Source: Tubiluchus corallicola (taxonomy: Eukaryota > Animalia > Priapulida). From it: a stretch of DNA of 64,000 nt. The translations under genes and the position numbers were made by a program. The notes beneath the pieces are model-generated. The model saw nothing but the letters and a program-made list of their open reading frames with translations, was not told the DNA's origin and ran no database searches. The stretch is taken from assembly GCA_030141605.1 (NCBI GenBank), contig JAQGDQ010000054.1:310001-374000 (forward strand), in the 5' to 3' direction. Shown in pieces: positions 30,601-44,700 of the stretch; within the stretch, counting starts at the first letter, position 1, and every line of letters starts with the position of its first letter.

Positions 30601-32645
30601 CACATCCAAGGGCGGACTGGGTCCATGGGATCCTGAGACATCAGAAGGTCTTCGGGGGTAAAAATATTCGTATTCGGAGGACAAAACCTAATAGAACTGT
30701 AACTGAAAAATTACAGACTGTTTCTTCTCTCTATAGCAAAGAAAGTAGCAGGAGTACACTTTATTGGGTAATCGATAATTATCAATATACGAAGATTCAC
30801 CTTAGTGAGGTTGTAACATGTAAGCTTTATTAGCTTTGTATAGACGATACCAGCTCAGATATCACGTACCTGCTCAGATACCTGCATCCTATGATCACAT
30901 ACGTGCACGATACGGTTTTCTCTTCGTAAAGAGGCATCGGCAATCACGTTTATGCGCTCTGCTTAAGATGGCTAATGAGATTTTGTAAGATGACGCTGCT
31001 GAGCTTATTGAAAAGACAATGCAGGTCATCGAGTACGTCATTTAGTAGTATCTTCGTTTAAAAATATCCAACACTGTTTCTCTACAACACATTTTGTCCA
31101 GTAGCCCCGAACAATTTTACAACATTATTTATATCAAATAAACCTACGAAAGCTATACGAAGTGATAGTTTGGAAAATTATACACCTCCACTGGAACTCA
31201 AAACCAAGATCTTCTACTTTCTAAGCTGACGGTTTTCATTTAGGTACATGTTTGCCAATTATCCGTTGTTATTTATTCATACTGTGTATTGATGTATACA
31301 ATGAACTATTAACTAATAAACTCTTATTATTGTTGTCATGTAATAACAGTAACACGTTTTTTAAGGTAGTGCTAAATACCTACTTAGGCTACTTTCATAC
31401 TCTGACGTCACATCACAAATAATAAAAGTAAATGTAAGTACAACTGTGGCAGGTAAAATTTAGGACCAATAGTTTTATTCCAATTTAGTAAACATATATA
31501 ATTGAGATGAGCCTAAGTTTGGTTAGATCCGGTTTCAAATTAGGATTTGATATTTTATTTGATTCGCTTTGCATCACATTTTTACCAAAGTGTGTCTAAA
31601 ACTGCTAGTATTTTGGAAACTTTTTCAAGGAAGTCAATAATTCAGCCATTATTTATTTTTTAAATGACAGCACTACAGGATTTTAATACAATGATAGTTT
31701 CCTCGGTAATCAAACATTAGTATTATATTTCAAAACTTGTCATAAAATACGTATCTAACAATTAACACATGTATTGCAAAAAAATCTTTTTTAAGTAAAT
31801 CTTCAGCTAAAGAAATGAAACTTTTCTGCATAATTATTCAGTTTGGTTTGGTTCACGTTACACTGCATGCAGATGATGACTTTCAATTTGGCAAGCAACT
31901 TCTGTTTTAGCAGACAGCAAAAATGCTCTTCAGGTTTTGACAATAAAACAAATAAAGAAAAAAGGAAAAGAGAAAGCAAACAAAAAAAAACAAATCAGAA
32001 TGTCATCTAGCATACTAATCAACCAAACAAAAAAGAAAGGTGAATAACTTTCATGTTCAATTATTAAATTTATACTGCCAGTGGTCACAGGTCATAGACA
32101 CGATACTGGCCAGTCTTACTACTGCCTAGCTTACATCAGCAGCCTCTGCTAGCCTGCTACACGACATGTGCATGTAAACACTGAATGCTCAGGCTTGTCA
32201 CAAAAGTTGCATTTCATTGATTATCATTCGTGTCTGAACAAGAGACGCTAAGCAGGGAACGAGTTCAGTAAACATCTCATTGGTGTCAATAGCACTTAAG
32301 TACTCAACAATAAAGCATTTATTAGACACGCTTTTCCATAAAAAAGACATAAATAGTTAATCAGCATGGAATTTTGCAGCAGAAGAAGAGCAAAACATAT
32401 AGATTTTTCGCCGCTTGCCTCTTAATTGTAGAGAAGCACATTCTAACAGCAATTTTCATTTGAGAAGATAAAAAGCATGTAAAATGTTACCCGCCACAAC
32501 AGTGTCTTTATAGCAAAGTTACTTATAGTAAAACTGTAAGGATGAAAAAGAGGAATTTAAAGCCATTCTGCTGTTGTACATTAATATATTAATTCATCCC
32601 AGACATTTCAGTCATTTGAGGAAGACAGAAAGAGGAAAGAAAAGC

Positions 32646-32715
<70 letters not shown>

Positions 32716-35700
32716 GCTTACTATGTTTTGTTTTAGCCAATAAAAGCATTTACCCAGATTGTCACAAGTATTTCTAAAACCCATGCAAAGAAAGCTAATA
32801 CACATGTGAAGCACACTTCTTAGAATCAGCATGTTTTTATTTATAGTTAGCACAACAATCGTTTCTACTTCACAATGATTGTCAAGCCGGAAATAACGCC
32901 AAAAACACTTTCAATAACATTATGGCACTCAAATTATCAACATTATCAACTGAAACAATCGCTGCACCAACTATGAACAAAAACAAGGTGAATCTTAGAA
33001 GCTGGCTCTTTAGCATTATACATTTCTAAGAATTTTTTACAGCTCTTACCTCAAGGCTTCCTCTTGCACAGTACTGTGTTAATATACAAATATTTGGTGG
33101 GACTATGCAAGCTCCAATGCAAGGAACTAGGTTTTCATGCCGTAGTTCTCTAATCTGTCAAAAAATGAATCATTATTCTTTTTTGGCTGGGATCTCTATA
33201 AGAAAAACAATCACCTGATCAACTGAGTAACTGAGGAGTAACTTAGTAAGGATCAACTAAGTAAGAACACTAACAATTTATAAAACCTATTATTAACTAT
33301 ATATTAAGTTTTGAAATAAGCGACAATAAAGTACTGCCATGAGTCGACTTTTACAAAATGCTACCACGTGGGATTAGGTGGCACTGTCATTACTAATTGC
33401 TTTTTCGAACAAATGGTAAGACAATATTCTTATGGACTTATTAAAATTTCACATGTTATATCTTAACTGGACACAACAGGGTGACAGCTTAACAATGACA
33501 GTGGTGATATCATACTCAATATATGCATGTTCATCTAGAGTTAAAGACAATTACAAATAATAAATAAAAAACTGCTGCATTATATTAATTGAAACATCTG
33601 TGTTAGCGTGACCATCCATCCAGATTTCCCAAATGCGTTAAGGAATGAAGAATGTCAGAGAGCCAAATGTGTCCAGAAATTGCTAGGAAAATGAGCAGTT
33701 TATGTCATATTTTTGAAATTACAATTAATTCAAATGCAGGTCAGTAAAGCGTAATCTAAAAAATGTTTGCCAATTCAACTTTACAGCACAATTATAATAT
33801 TTGTTAACTATGATTTTTCAGCTTTTTTAAGTTTGTTTATATCTTGTTTGGCTTCTTCAGCAATATACAACCCTCTTTAGTGTACTTAGCCCAGCTGTCC
33901 AGTTAATAGCTGTACACTGAGTTCCATAAAACATGGTTAAACCCGAGTTTTAAATGATTCAGAATGACTTTGAATACACGTGATAAAATATATAACTACA
34001 GTCTACAAATTGCAAGCTGAAATCTAAAAATAAGTCTCAAAGCACAAAATTTTGGTTTTTCGTGGTATTAAACTTCTAACTTAACAGGTTTCTAGACTGC
34101 AATGCCATATAACAATTTTTTCATTATAGGCTAAGCATCAACACAGAAAACTAATAATTGTTCAGTTTTTTGCATCATTTCTAGACTTCAAAATATTAAG
34201 CTGTTATAAATCACAGATTTGTTGCCCCGAGTTACTGACCCACCACGAGTCCAGAATGACTCAGCTCCAAGTTGCCTCTCCCAAGGGTGTCAGAGAAAAA
34301 CACTTTCACAAAGTGTCACCCTAATTTATGCAGTAATCTGTGAATATACTTACAACTTTAAATTCTTTCCTTATTCCTCGGGTAACTTCCAGGTTCTTTT
34401 TGTTAATCATTTTGATTGCAACAACTACGCCTTTATAGGTACCAACGGAAATGCGAGGGTTCTCTATGTTCTCATGGGCATCGGCATGGAAGCTGTGCCT
34501 GTATTCCAACTATAGAAATGAGCATACGTTCAGCAACTTAGGAGAATATTATATATCAGAGAATGTAATCTTCTTAAAACTAAATGGTGGGATAACATTC
34601 AATTTGTGAAACTAGAACGGTGACACTAAATGTTAAATGTTTGAATTTTTGCACTGAATGCAGTTTGCATCGATAACATAGAGGGTTAATGTCAGCATTT
34701 ATTTTTTAGTCGGTACACTGCATGCTGGAAGGCATTCAAAGGCAGGGTCTACTCAAGGAAATGTATCTGGCGTGTCTAGAACCCAATTCATTGTCAACGA
34801 TATTGTGCAATAAAGCCTCATTAGCAACAACAACACTGAGTGGCTGTTTAAGACCACATATTATTTTACTTTATGTGCCTCCTTTAAACTGTCTCACTCC
34901 ATAACTACGTTTAAGTCTGTTTATCAGACTAGATGGAATAGTCTAGAGGTAATACATCTACTTTCTGTATGGGAGATCATGCATTTGATACTGTGGCCAG
35001 TTCATATCAAGGACTTTGAAAATGGTACCTGATGCTGCCCACATCATAGTTAAGGTGTAAGTAGGGTAACAATAATCTTTGTTACACAGTTCAAATATGT
35101 TATTGACAGTCGGCAAAAAGTTTTGAGTTTATGATACTTGTTAATCCAAGACAACTGTAAATAAAGATATTATAATTTCTTTGTCACTGTAATTGTCATT
35201 ATCATTATTATTATAATGTTATATTTGTTGTAGTCTTTAATAGCGTCTTTTGGTATTGGCTTCTAAATTTTAAGTTTTATTGTAGTGCATTACTATATGT
35301 GTGATGAGTGTCACAGTTCATAAATAGTTAATCAATCTCTCTGAGAGATCAATGAACTGGGAGCGGTGTCTCAGCCACATTCAGTTTTCTACGCATCCTC
35401 CCTCTATGAGGTATGATTACGAGGTGAGAGCCTATGAATGATAGCATCTAGAGAGTATTGAACTGGTCACACATATATACACAGTCACACAAAGTGCTGG
35501 CACCTTATCCACTCAGCCACACCAAAATTTATATCTAAAAAAGAAATGTTTAGCAAAACAGAAGGTATAACTTTTAAATATCTTACATTTCTGCTGCTTG
35601 CAAGGTGACTGTTCTAAATACATATTTTAAAACTCCAAACGAAGTTAATATAATATTTCATAAAGTTAATCCAAATTTAACCAAAATAGGCAAAATTACA

Positions 35701-38700
35701 TAGTCAACAATTTTTCAAAAGATTGCAAAATGTTGCTACACGGCTAATCATGCAAAAATTCTGAATCGATCTGTAGGATAAGTAGGCAGTTTCACAACCC
35801 TCATCTTGCATTACCAATGCTGTGTATTACTTACGGGTTTCACATTGTGTGAATCTATGAATGGAGTATTCTGCACTGCTCTAGTTATAATAACGTCACG
35901 AAAATCTATTTTCCATTGAAGACTAGCTAATTTTTGCTCGTATCGAAAATGCCTGGAAAAAATACAATTCCGATTAAAAATAAATATCTAGATACCTATC
36001 TATCAAAAATATGGTCAGTACAAATCCTATAAGGTCAGAACAAAAAACAAAAAAAAACAATAATAAAATATCAGACCGTATTAGTAAACTACTGTTCACA
36101 TTACCTAAGAATAAAAATGAGAGCTACAAGCACAAGGCCAATAAGAGTCCCAGCCATTACACCAGTTTGCCACGTGTCTGTAAAGCAAAAATGTTTTGAA
36201 TTAGCTCACATCAATTTATTCTTCAGTGCTTAGTAAAAGTGTTTGGAATGTTCGTCTACTTTTTTCATCTACTTTTAATCTACCTCTACTTTTGTGGCAT
36301 CTACAGTACATGTATTATCATTTACTTTATGTAACATCTACTTTCGTACAGGAAATTAAAATCTTCCTTGTAATTCATGCGTGTCGTGATTGAGGTCATG
36401 TTAATCATATCAACAATCGTAGGCAGCCGATTGTTATGGCTCAGGTGGCCGCACCTTTCTGTGAGCAATTACAACCTGTCGTTAAATACTTGTTCTTAAA
36501 AAAAATAACATTATTTTTTGTTTTTGCAATTTGCAAATGTCTATAAGACGATTACCAGACAATGATCAAATATATTACCATAGTTGGCAAATTTAGCTTT
36601 GCCATAATTAGATTTTTTGAGAAAAATATTTCAGTGGCATTTAACGATAGTAGTGCCTATTTAGGCCTAATAATCTTTTACTTATTGAGTAATTGGCCTA
36701 ACAAATGTCCAGCAAGCAGAACCATAAAACATGGATATTAGAAAACGGTTTGACGATTTTTACCTCACAAATATTGCATCAGTATTTATTAATGAGTTGG
36801 CGGTATCAACTGGGCCTGTTTGGCCTCTGGATGGCATCACGTTTCAGTTTGCTGTTTGTCATGGTATCTTGCAGTTACCAGTGTCACGAGAAAATATTCT
36901 AATTTCAATTATTTAATTAATTCAATTATTTTAATACACTGATAATATTTTTTGTCGCTGTTGGTTTTAGTGCATTGTCGTTAGTTTTTGAAAATTTCGT
37001 TTGTTACGTTCCTGTATTATTATTGCAATTGCTTTTGTTCATCCTATTCACATATTGAATAAGGAGTCATTCGTGTACCGTGTACCAAACACTCACTAAG
37101 AGAAAATGCATTTACATAATAAATAAGACACCTAAGAAAAAGAAACTCTTAAACACGTTGGGCTAGCCTACTAGACACTGTTGTCGTTAGGCCTGATTCT
37201 TCAAAAACATAATGTTTAAATGTTTAAAGTAGTCTGTTGTCATTTAAAATACATACAAACATTTTACTGTAGTGAAAAATAAAAACTATGTATATGTAGT
37301 TACAGTATAAGAGGACTTACTTATAAGAGTAGTCATTTATAAAATTTGCTTATGAAGAGTACTTTCTTTACAGTGCCAGTGTGTATGCAGTTAATATCAG
37401 TATTGATTCAACTGTATTAAAAGCACATTTAGTTGTTAGATTTTTGTTTTGAATACATTTAGCCTGACACCCCTATTCTCATAAATATACTGAAACTGGC
37501 TTACAAGTGCACTTTGAGTTGTCAAACCCACAGTATGGTTCATCTCGTGGAGCTTTGCCTCCTAACCATTTAATCTTCCGAGTTGGTTTGTAAATCTGAA
37601 AAACAAATGATAAACAACATAAAAGTTAGATGAATATTGTAATAAGAAAAAGCTCGTGTTATCAATTTTAATGCACTACTTTAGCATTAGGTATTATAAC
37701 AACACATAAATTAAGGTAAATAGTTGCAACAGCTTAGCTTAGGATGGCATTCTCTAAATAAACCTACCTATCTGTGCATTTAAAAAACATTTAAATTAAA
37801 AATGTTTTATCTTGCAATAAATTTGTTATTTATCACTAAAGTCACCAGCATTTGATGTCATGCTTTTTATAATAATACGCCATAGCTGCTTGGAAAATTT
37901 TCTTCAGTTTTAAGCTGTACATTACCAGAATTATACCTAGTCATGTAAACAAATTAACTAAAAAATATTTTCACCAAAAAACATTTTCAACTTTGCCAAT
38001 CAAAATGCAACAGAAGAAAACTACGGTTTCAAGTGCAGGCCTAATTGAAGACAACAAAAAAAGTAAATAAAAATTCACTCTTTCACAAAAATTTTCTTAC
38101 CGGTAAATCACCGCCGTCCTTACTAGGCTGAAATTCACCAATCGGTGTCAATGCGTAAGGTATTAATTTCGTCCCAGAAGTATCGTCATCCAAAGACAAA
38201 ACGCTGTAATTACCTTCTGCATTGCCATGTTCGTTGATCCGTACATCGTGACCTTGCTTACCTAGATCGGATTATAGAAAACAAGAACACTTCACTAAGC
38301 TAATGGTCAATTAGTGACTGTTGCACAGTTCACATTTCGTATTAAATCTGGCAGAATAATCTCAGCTGAAAAAATAAAAATCACAATGTTCTCTTTTATT
38401 AGTAAAGGGTATTTCTATAAAAAGGTTATGAAAATTTTAGTCTTATCATGTTTCTTTTGTGCATCAAAGATTTCTGTCATACCATCACAACTTCAACATC
38501 ATCATAGCACTGGGTGAACCCACAAAGTTATACTTTCAAGAAAATTATAGTGCTTCAAAGTTTAGGGTTACATTTGAATTTGTTTGCTTCTTAAATGGCA
38601 AATGCATGAGTTGGTTTGTTTAACAAATTTGTATAAAGTCTGGGTACTGTGACCATATAGCTGCAGTTTCCTACAGCACTTTATATGAGTAAAATAATAC

Positions 38701-41700
38701 ATATTCTACCGTATAATGTCCGATTTAAGCAATTTTAAGACATGATATGATGTACATAGTATTACATATGATATGTATTTTTATACATACACGTATACGA
38801 ATATTATTATGTAGTTATATGCTAAAACGTCTGTACTACGTACGTAAGAAGTGATATACAAGGTGAACAGAAAAAAAGCATGAATATTCATACTTTAATG
38901 TGCATGATAATTTGCTATTTATGCCATCTATCAATAATCAATTAGCATATTTATCACAAAAAAGTCAGTGCTACATCATCTTATCTCTTCATCTATTATG
39001 GGCTTCGTTATTGGCTTTTGAAAGATCTTAATATTTAATGGAACAGCAAAGTTTTTAAACACAGAGGGCTATGATGAATAAAATATGAGAGCTTACTCGA
39101 ATAGACACTGTCAACAATATGAAGAAGTATCTCAGTTCCATTTAGTGCCGTGTCAATACTGCCATTATATATCTTCAGGGTTTTGTTCAGTGCAATGGCA
39201 TAAACCATGACGGCATCATAGGCATGAGCTGCTGACACAGGAACCTAGTAACAAATAAAAAATACAGGTTAAAGAAATTTAAGTCGCAACAATAAATATG
39301 TACAAAGTAGTAATATCTGTTTAACCCTTATGAGACTAGTCATGCAAAAACTGCGAGATGAATTTGAGGACCAAAATTGCAAACCTGGATAGCGAGCTAT
39401 TTGTGTGTACCATATAGTTTTACATGCTTAGTGTTTATTTTATGCCCAACTTCTGTTTTCTAGTTACAGTCTTAAAGTATGCACATTTTGGAATTTTGTA
39501 CAAGCTGTTTTGACCTTATGTTTGCCATTGACGATTTCCATATAAAACCATTATAAACATCACAAGGAAAACTGAAAACTCCAAAATGTGGTTTTGAAGG
39601 GTTAAGACATCAAAGATTAAGGATTAGGCATTTAAGGATTAGGATAAGACATTTAAGGATTAGGCATTAAAATACATACCAATAAATGATTTTGTAGAAT
39701 AGAAGGAGCTCTTGGCACATCAAATCTCTCATATGTCAACTGCTGTGTTTCATTTAAAAACATCTTCCATCTGTAGTCGAATTCCAACCTGGGAGTTAAT
39801 TTGAACACGTGGCGAAAGCCCAGCACCGACATCTCACTCTTGGCATATCGATCCAAGAATACCTTATCACTTTCTAAAACTGCAATAAATGCCAAAGATA
39901 AAAAAACACATAAACAAAAGCGAATTCAGCTAATAACTCATTACATATTACATAACCTAAACGCTGCATTCGTAAGGCTTGGTGTTTGTTCTATTGTGTA
40001 CAAAATATGAAAAATTATTCTGATTTTGTACCCAAATACTGTACCGTTAAATATGATATCTACACTGTAGCAAATACAATGATAACAAAACCACACTTAC
40101 ATTTTTGGAAATCTTTGGTAGCTTCGCTATTGTCGTTATGTTCGTTTACTGCCACAACCACGTATTCACTCATTGTGATCTCTTTGCTTTTATCTTTGGC
40201 ATTCAGTGCAGAGACCATGTCAATGACGTAATCATTTTGGTCGGTTACCAACACATAAACTAAAGGTTAAAAACATTCATTGTACAACAATAGAAACATG
40301 AACAACTGCAAAATAAGAATGTGGAAGTCCAACTGAATTTTATTTACTTATTTATTTAGTTTCATTACTTTTTTTGTTATAATAGCTTTTATTTGTAGCA
40401 ACACTATCCATACAAAAAAAAATCAAATTTAGAAGACAACAGAAATGGTAAACTAATCAAAAGAGACCACTAATTTGGACTCCGCAGGTTCATCATTTTT
40501 ACTACAACATTCTCGGTCAAAAATATACAAATAGGTCTGTGTAAGCAGGATTATTTCCAGAAAAGTAATATTGATTATTGAAGAGCTCTTTGGATGTGTT
40601 CTGGGGTGGATTTGGGCTGACAAAAAGGAGGGGCAGTCAGCAGTGAAAAAGTCACCAAGCTAAACATCAGGGGAAGCACTGTAAGCTCCTCCTGCTTTAA
40701 GACAGGCTGCCCCTCCACCGCCTCAAATCTGCCGTTAGTTGTACTCCACTGATACAAAGGGTGATTAAATACAAACTGCACATTATGCTTCTCTGTGCAC
40801 ACCTCATTTTTAGAAGGCCTTAATAAAAAATGATCCATTTTCATTCAGTGAATCTAAGGAATTTTACAATATAATCAGTTTGAGTTAAAAACATTCAGTG
40901 CCTACCCCAACCACATAAGTGTTTCAAAACCACCATTACGCAAACAGAAACACGCGTACACACTCCTGTTATTTTAATCCAGATGATGTTCAAAACGGTG
41001 CAGCACATTACTGTTCTTGAGTAACACGTTAATATCTCAAAATGATTATAATTATATTGTAGAATTTCCTTGAGTTTTCTGATAACAATGATACAAAAAG
41101 GCCTTCTGGAAATGAAATCAACTGTATATAAACAAGTGCCATGTGTAGTTTCTATTTTTTCATGATACTGTTAGTTATATGTATTTCAAAGTTAACATAC
41201 TCATTTGCTTTTGGACGCAATTTAATTTCGCCAATTGGTACAAATACGTACTAAAGTAAATCTCATACCAAATTGAATTACACCTTTTGAGCATGTTAAG
41301 CTAAGTACATTTGCTTTAAGTTATATTCCAGAGACTAAAAAATCTTTTGTACGAAACTAAAACAGTTTTTTGCTATACCACCGATCTCAATATACTAAGT
41401 TGCACAAACACTAATCAACCACGAAGCTGCATAATTAAAAAAACACAAAATTATGACCCAGTCTGTAACAGACTCAAGTTGAAAATGACTACATCACCAG
41501 GTCAGGGTTCCCACAGAATTTTAAAATAAATTTCTCTGACTTTTCCTTGACCAAATATTGATTTCCAATGACCAAGATAAGCAGAAACTGCATTACCAGT
41601 GTACATATTCAAACATTTTTATGTATGCCATTCATACATATACTGATATATAAAGTGTTAGCACAGTTACAGAGCACAAACAATAGATTTTTTGCAATGG

Positions 41701-44700
41701 CCTCCTCCTCCTCCTCCTCCTTCCAGCCATCCCGTTCCACCCACTTTCTTCTTCAAACTCTTCAAAACTTTTCAGCAAAAATGGATACTTGGGTACAAAG
41801 GATACAAATAGTGCAAATGTATTGCCACAAACTCTTCAATTAACAAAATTGGTTGATTGTCAGTTAAACGTGTTAAATGTGTGCAGTTATGCTTAATTAA
41901 AACATTTTAAATCATAAACCACTTGTACAACACGCTACATTAATATGTATGTTATATTCTTGTTATACAAGTCACTTGAAACTTTAGAAACAGATACATG
42001 TATATTGAATTCCCAATATAATAATTTACTTGGGCTGAATCACACATTCATCAACCAACCATGCCATTTTTGCATTGTAGATTTACTTGAATTATGAAAT
42101 TACATTAAATAATCACATTAATCACATTAAATAAACTTTCTTAATCCAATCATTTTTTGGAACAGAAATCGAAATTGGGAGCCTGCCATAGCAAAATTTT
42201 ATTTGAACACAAATCGCTGAAAATGTGTTTGGAAAAATATCGGTTCACACTGATTATTTTTGCAACCCTTTCCAATTTTCCTGACTTTTCGCCCTGGGCA
42301 TTTTCATCATTTTCTTGACTTTTAACAAAAGTATCTTTTTCCATGACATTTCTATGACTTTCCAGGATAGCCTGTATTTTCAAGGATTTTTCAGGATTTT
42401 CCCTGACTGTGGGAACCCTGCCAGGTGCTTAAAACCACTGACTTTACTTACTTCGTGTCTCAGATGCAGTTCTGTCCACAATATTCTTGATGGTCTTTGC
42501 CTCTTTACTAGAGTACATATTAGCTATTCTCTCTTCACCAAGAATTTTCACTTTGTGTTTTTGGGCAAGATAACGCATAGTTTCTATGGTCTTCATGAAC
42601 CTGAAAAAAGCATGTCAAAATCAGAGTTTTTACCAGAATTCCTATTCAATTTCTTTTAATATTACAAATATTCCAAATTCTGATATTTCTGAAGTCTTGT
42701 TTGTTCTTAATATGGTGGCTTTTGCTTAGTTTCGGTTAGTTTAGTTTATCTGACACTCATAAAATAATACAACAAAATAATAAAGACACTAAATCATTGT
42801 TGATTCGATCGATATCAAACAATGCAATTTGTTTACATGTGCCTATCGTTGTATTGTATAGCTGTATTACAATAGCCACGCAGCTTTAATAACTGTACTT
42901 ACGATTAACTCTTAAGTTGTTACCGAAATGCATAAATCTGTATTTGTTTGAATGTTTATATGTTTGCTAGATAAATAAATCTTGAAATCTCATAATACAA
43001 TACTGATTTAAATCAGTAGCGTTTAAATATTTCTGGAATAATTTGGTATTCATAACAGGAAACAAGGGATGTCCATTTATATGTGATGGTAGGGAATTCG
43101 ATATTGGCACAACACAATATAAGAAATAAGCGAAACTCAAATCAAGAGAGTCTAAACTAGTTATGGAAACACGTCTCACACATAATTCTAGAGGATGATT
43201 CCGCCTAGTGTTCTCAGTTATCGCACGACATGTCGCTGTCTAAATCCACTTTTTTGTGTATGATATTATAACATATTACCAAATCACTTTTAGGCGTCTT
43301 TGCTTAAGAGATTCTACGCTTAGTAAGTCTCTTAAGGTAAGATGCAGAGTTTATATTACATCTGTAAAAAACTATACGTGCAAAATAACTTGGACATATC
43401 CAGCGTATCCATAACGCCATGACGGGACTGAGACCAAGCAGAGTAGCAGTATTCCATAATTGGCCTGACAAATACCTTATAATTCCTGAGAAATGATTAA
43501 AATTTCTTGTATCGAATACTCTAAATAACACGTTCACAATTCTTCCAGATTTCTTAGAAATTTCGATACAACGCAATTTAACTTTCTTTGATATCATTAC
43601 CAAGTGTATCCATAAAAACTAGGTAATACATGACCACTGTACAATGAATAAATTCTGACAGGATTTTTGTTGCCTTTATGTACCATGCATTTGCCATATA
43701 CCATGCCATGAGTATGAGCATTTAGAATGTTTTTTCGACTAAGTAGCCGGATTATTCGAAATGATTGCTGACATATGAGTCATAATAATGACTGTTATCT
43801 AGGCTCAGCTTGTTGACCAGTGTCCGACACATAAGAAAAAACGACTACGTCTATTGCTATCGAGCGTACAAATAAACTCGATTGTTATATATTAATTTTA
43901 TTATTATTATTACACTGCCTACACTTATTTCTTTCTCTTTCCTTTGCTTTTTTCGAGAGCCTCACAAAGTCCAATGTGAACGTTTCCTGGGTGTTCAGGA
44001 AAAATCGTAAAAAATCGGGTGCAGCGCCGTTTGCGGAAAATCGCGGACTTCCCATTAAAGAAGCTTATAAACTTGTAATACCCAGCCATAGCCGAATAGA
44101 TTATTCCACATAGTCAAATGGATTATTCCACTGCTTCTAATTAGATAGCCATTCTCCCAAACTAGAAAGTTTAAACGAAAAAGGCTCAAAAATTACTTAT
44201 TTTCACTTCCGATCCTTCCATTGATCTTGCTTTCCGAAAACAGATTCTTAATAGCTAGACATCAGATTGAGATCTTTCGTCTGATAGAGCCACGTACCAA
44301 CAGTATTGATACAATTGATTAGCAATACTGAAAACTCGCGAGATTTCCCCTTGTTAGTCGTCAAGAGGGTCATCAAGAGAGTCGTCAAGTCGCCATTTTT
44401 AACAAATCTTTTGACAGTTTGTCAGTTGGATACTTTTTTACTTTTAAGTCGTACCGTTCAAGCATCTAATGTTTAATAAAAGGGATTAATTCCAAGGATC
44501 TTGGGAAAAGATTCTGGGTAGGAATACAAAAGGCAGTGTTACTAACACTGTTATTAAAAGAGCTTGAAATAAAATTTATAACACGCATCACTATCATAAT
44601 TAGTGTGCAGAGAAAAATGTGGATGTGATGTGACGAAAAATCTCATTCGAGATCCATGCCTCTGCATTGATTTTACCCAGAATTACGAACAAACGCCGAT

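Noticed and set aside
39873-39881. Alternative acceptor 6 nt downstream
   Set aside because: It would create an immediate TAA, and the upstream CAG fits the frame
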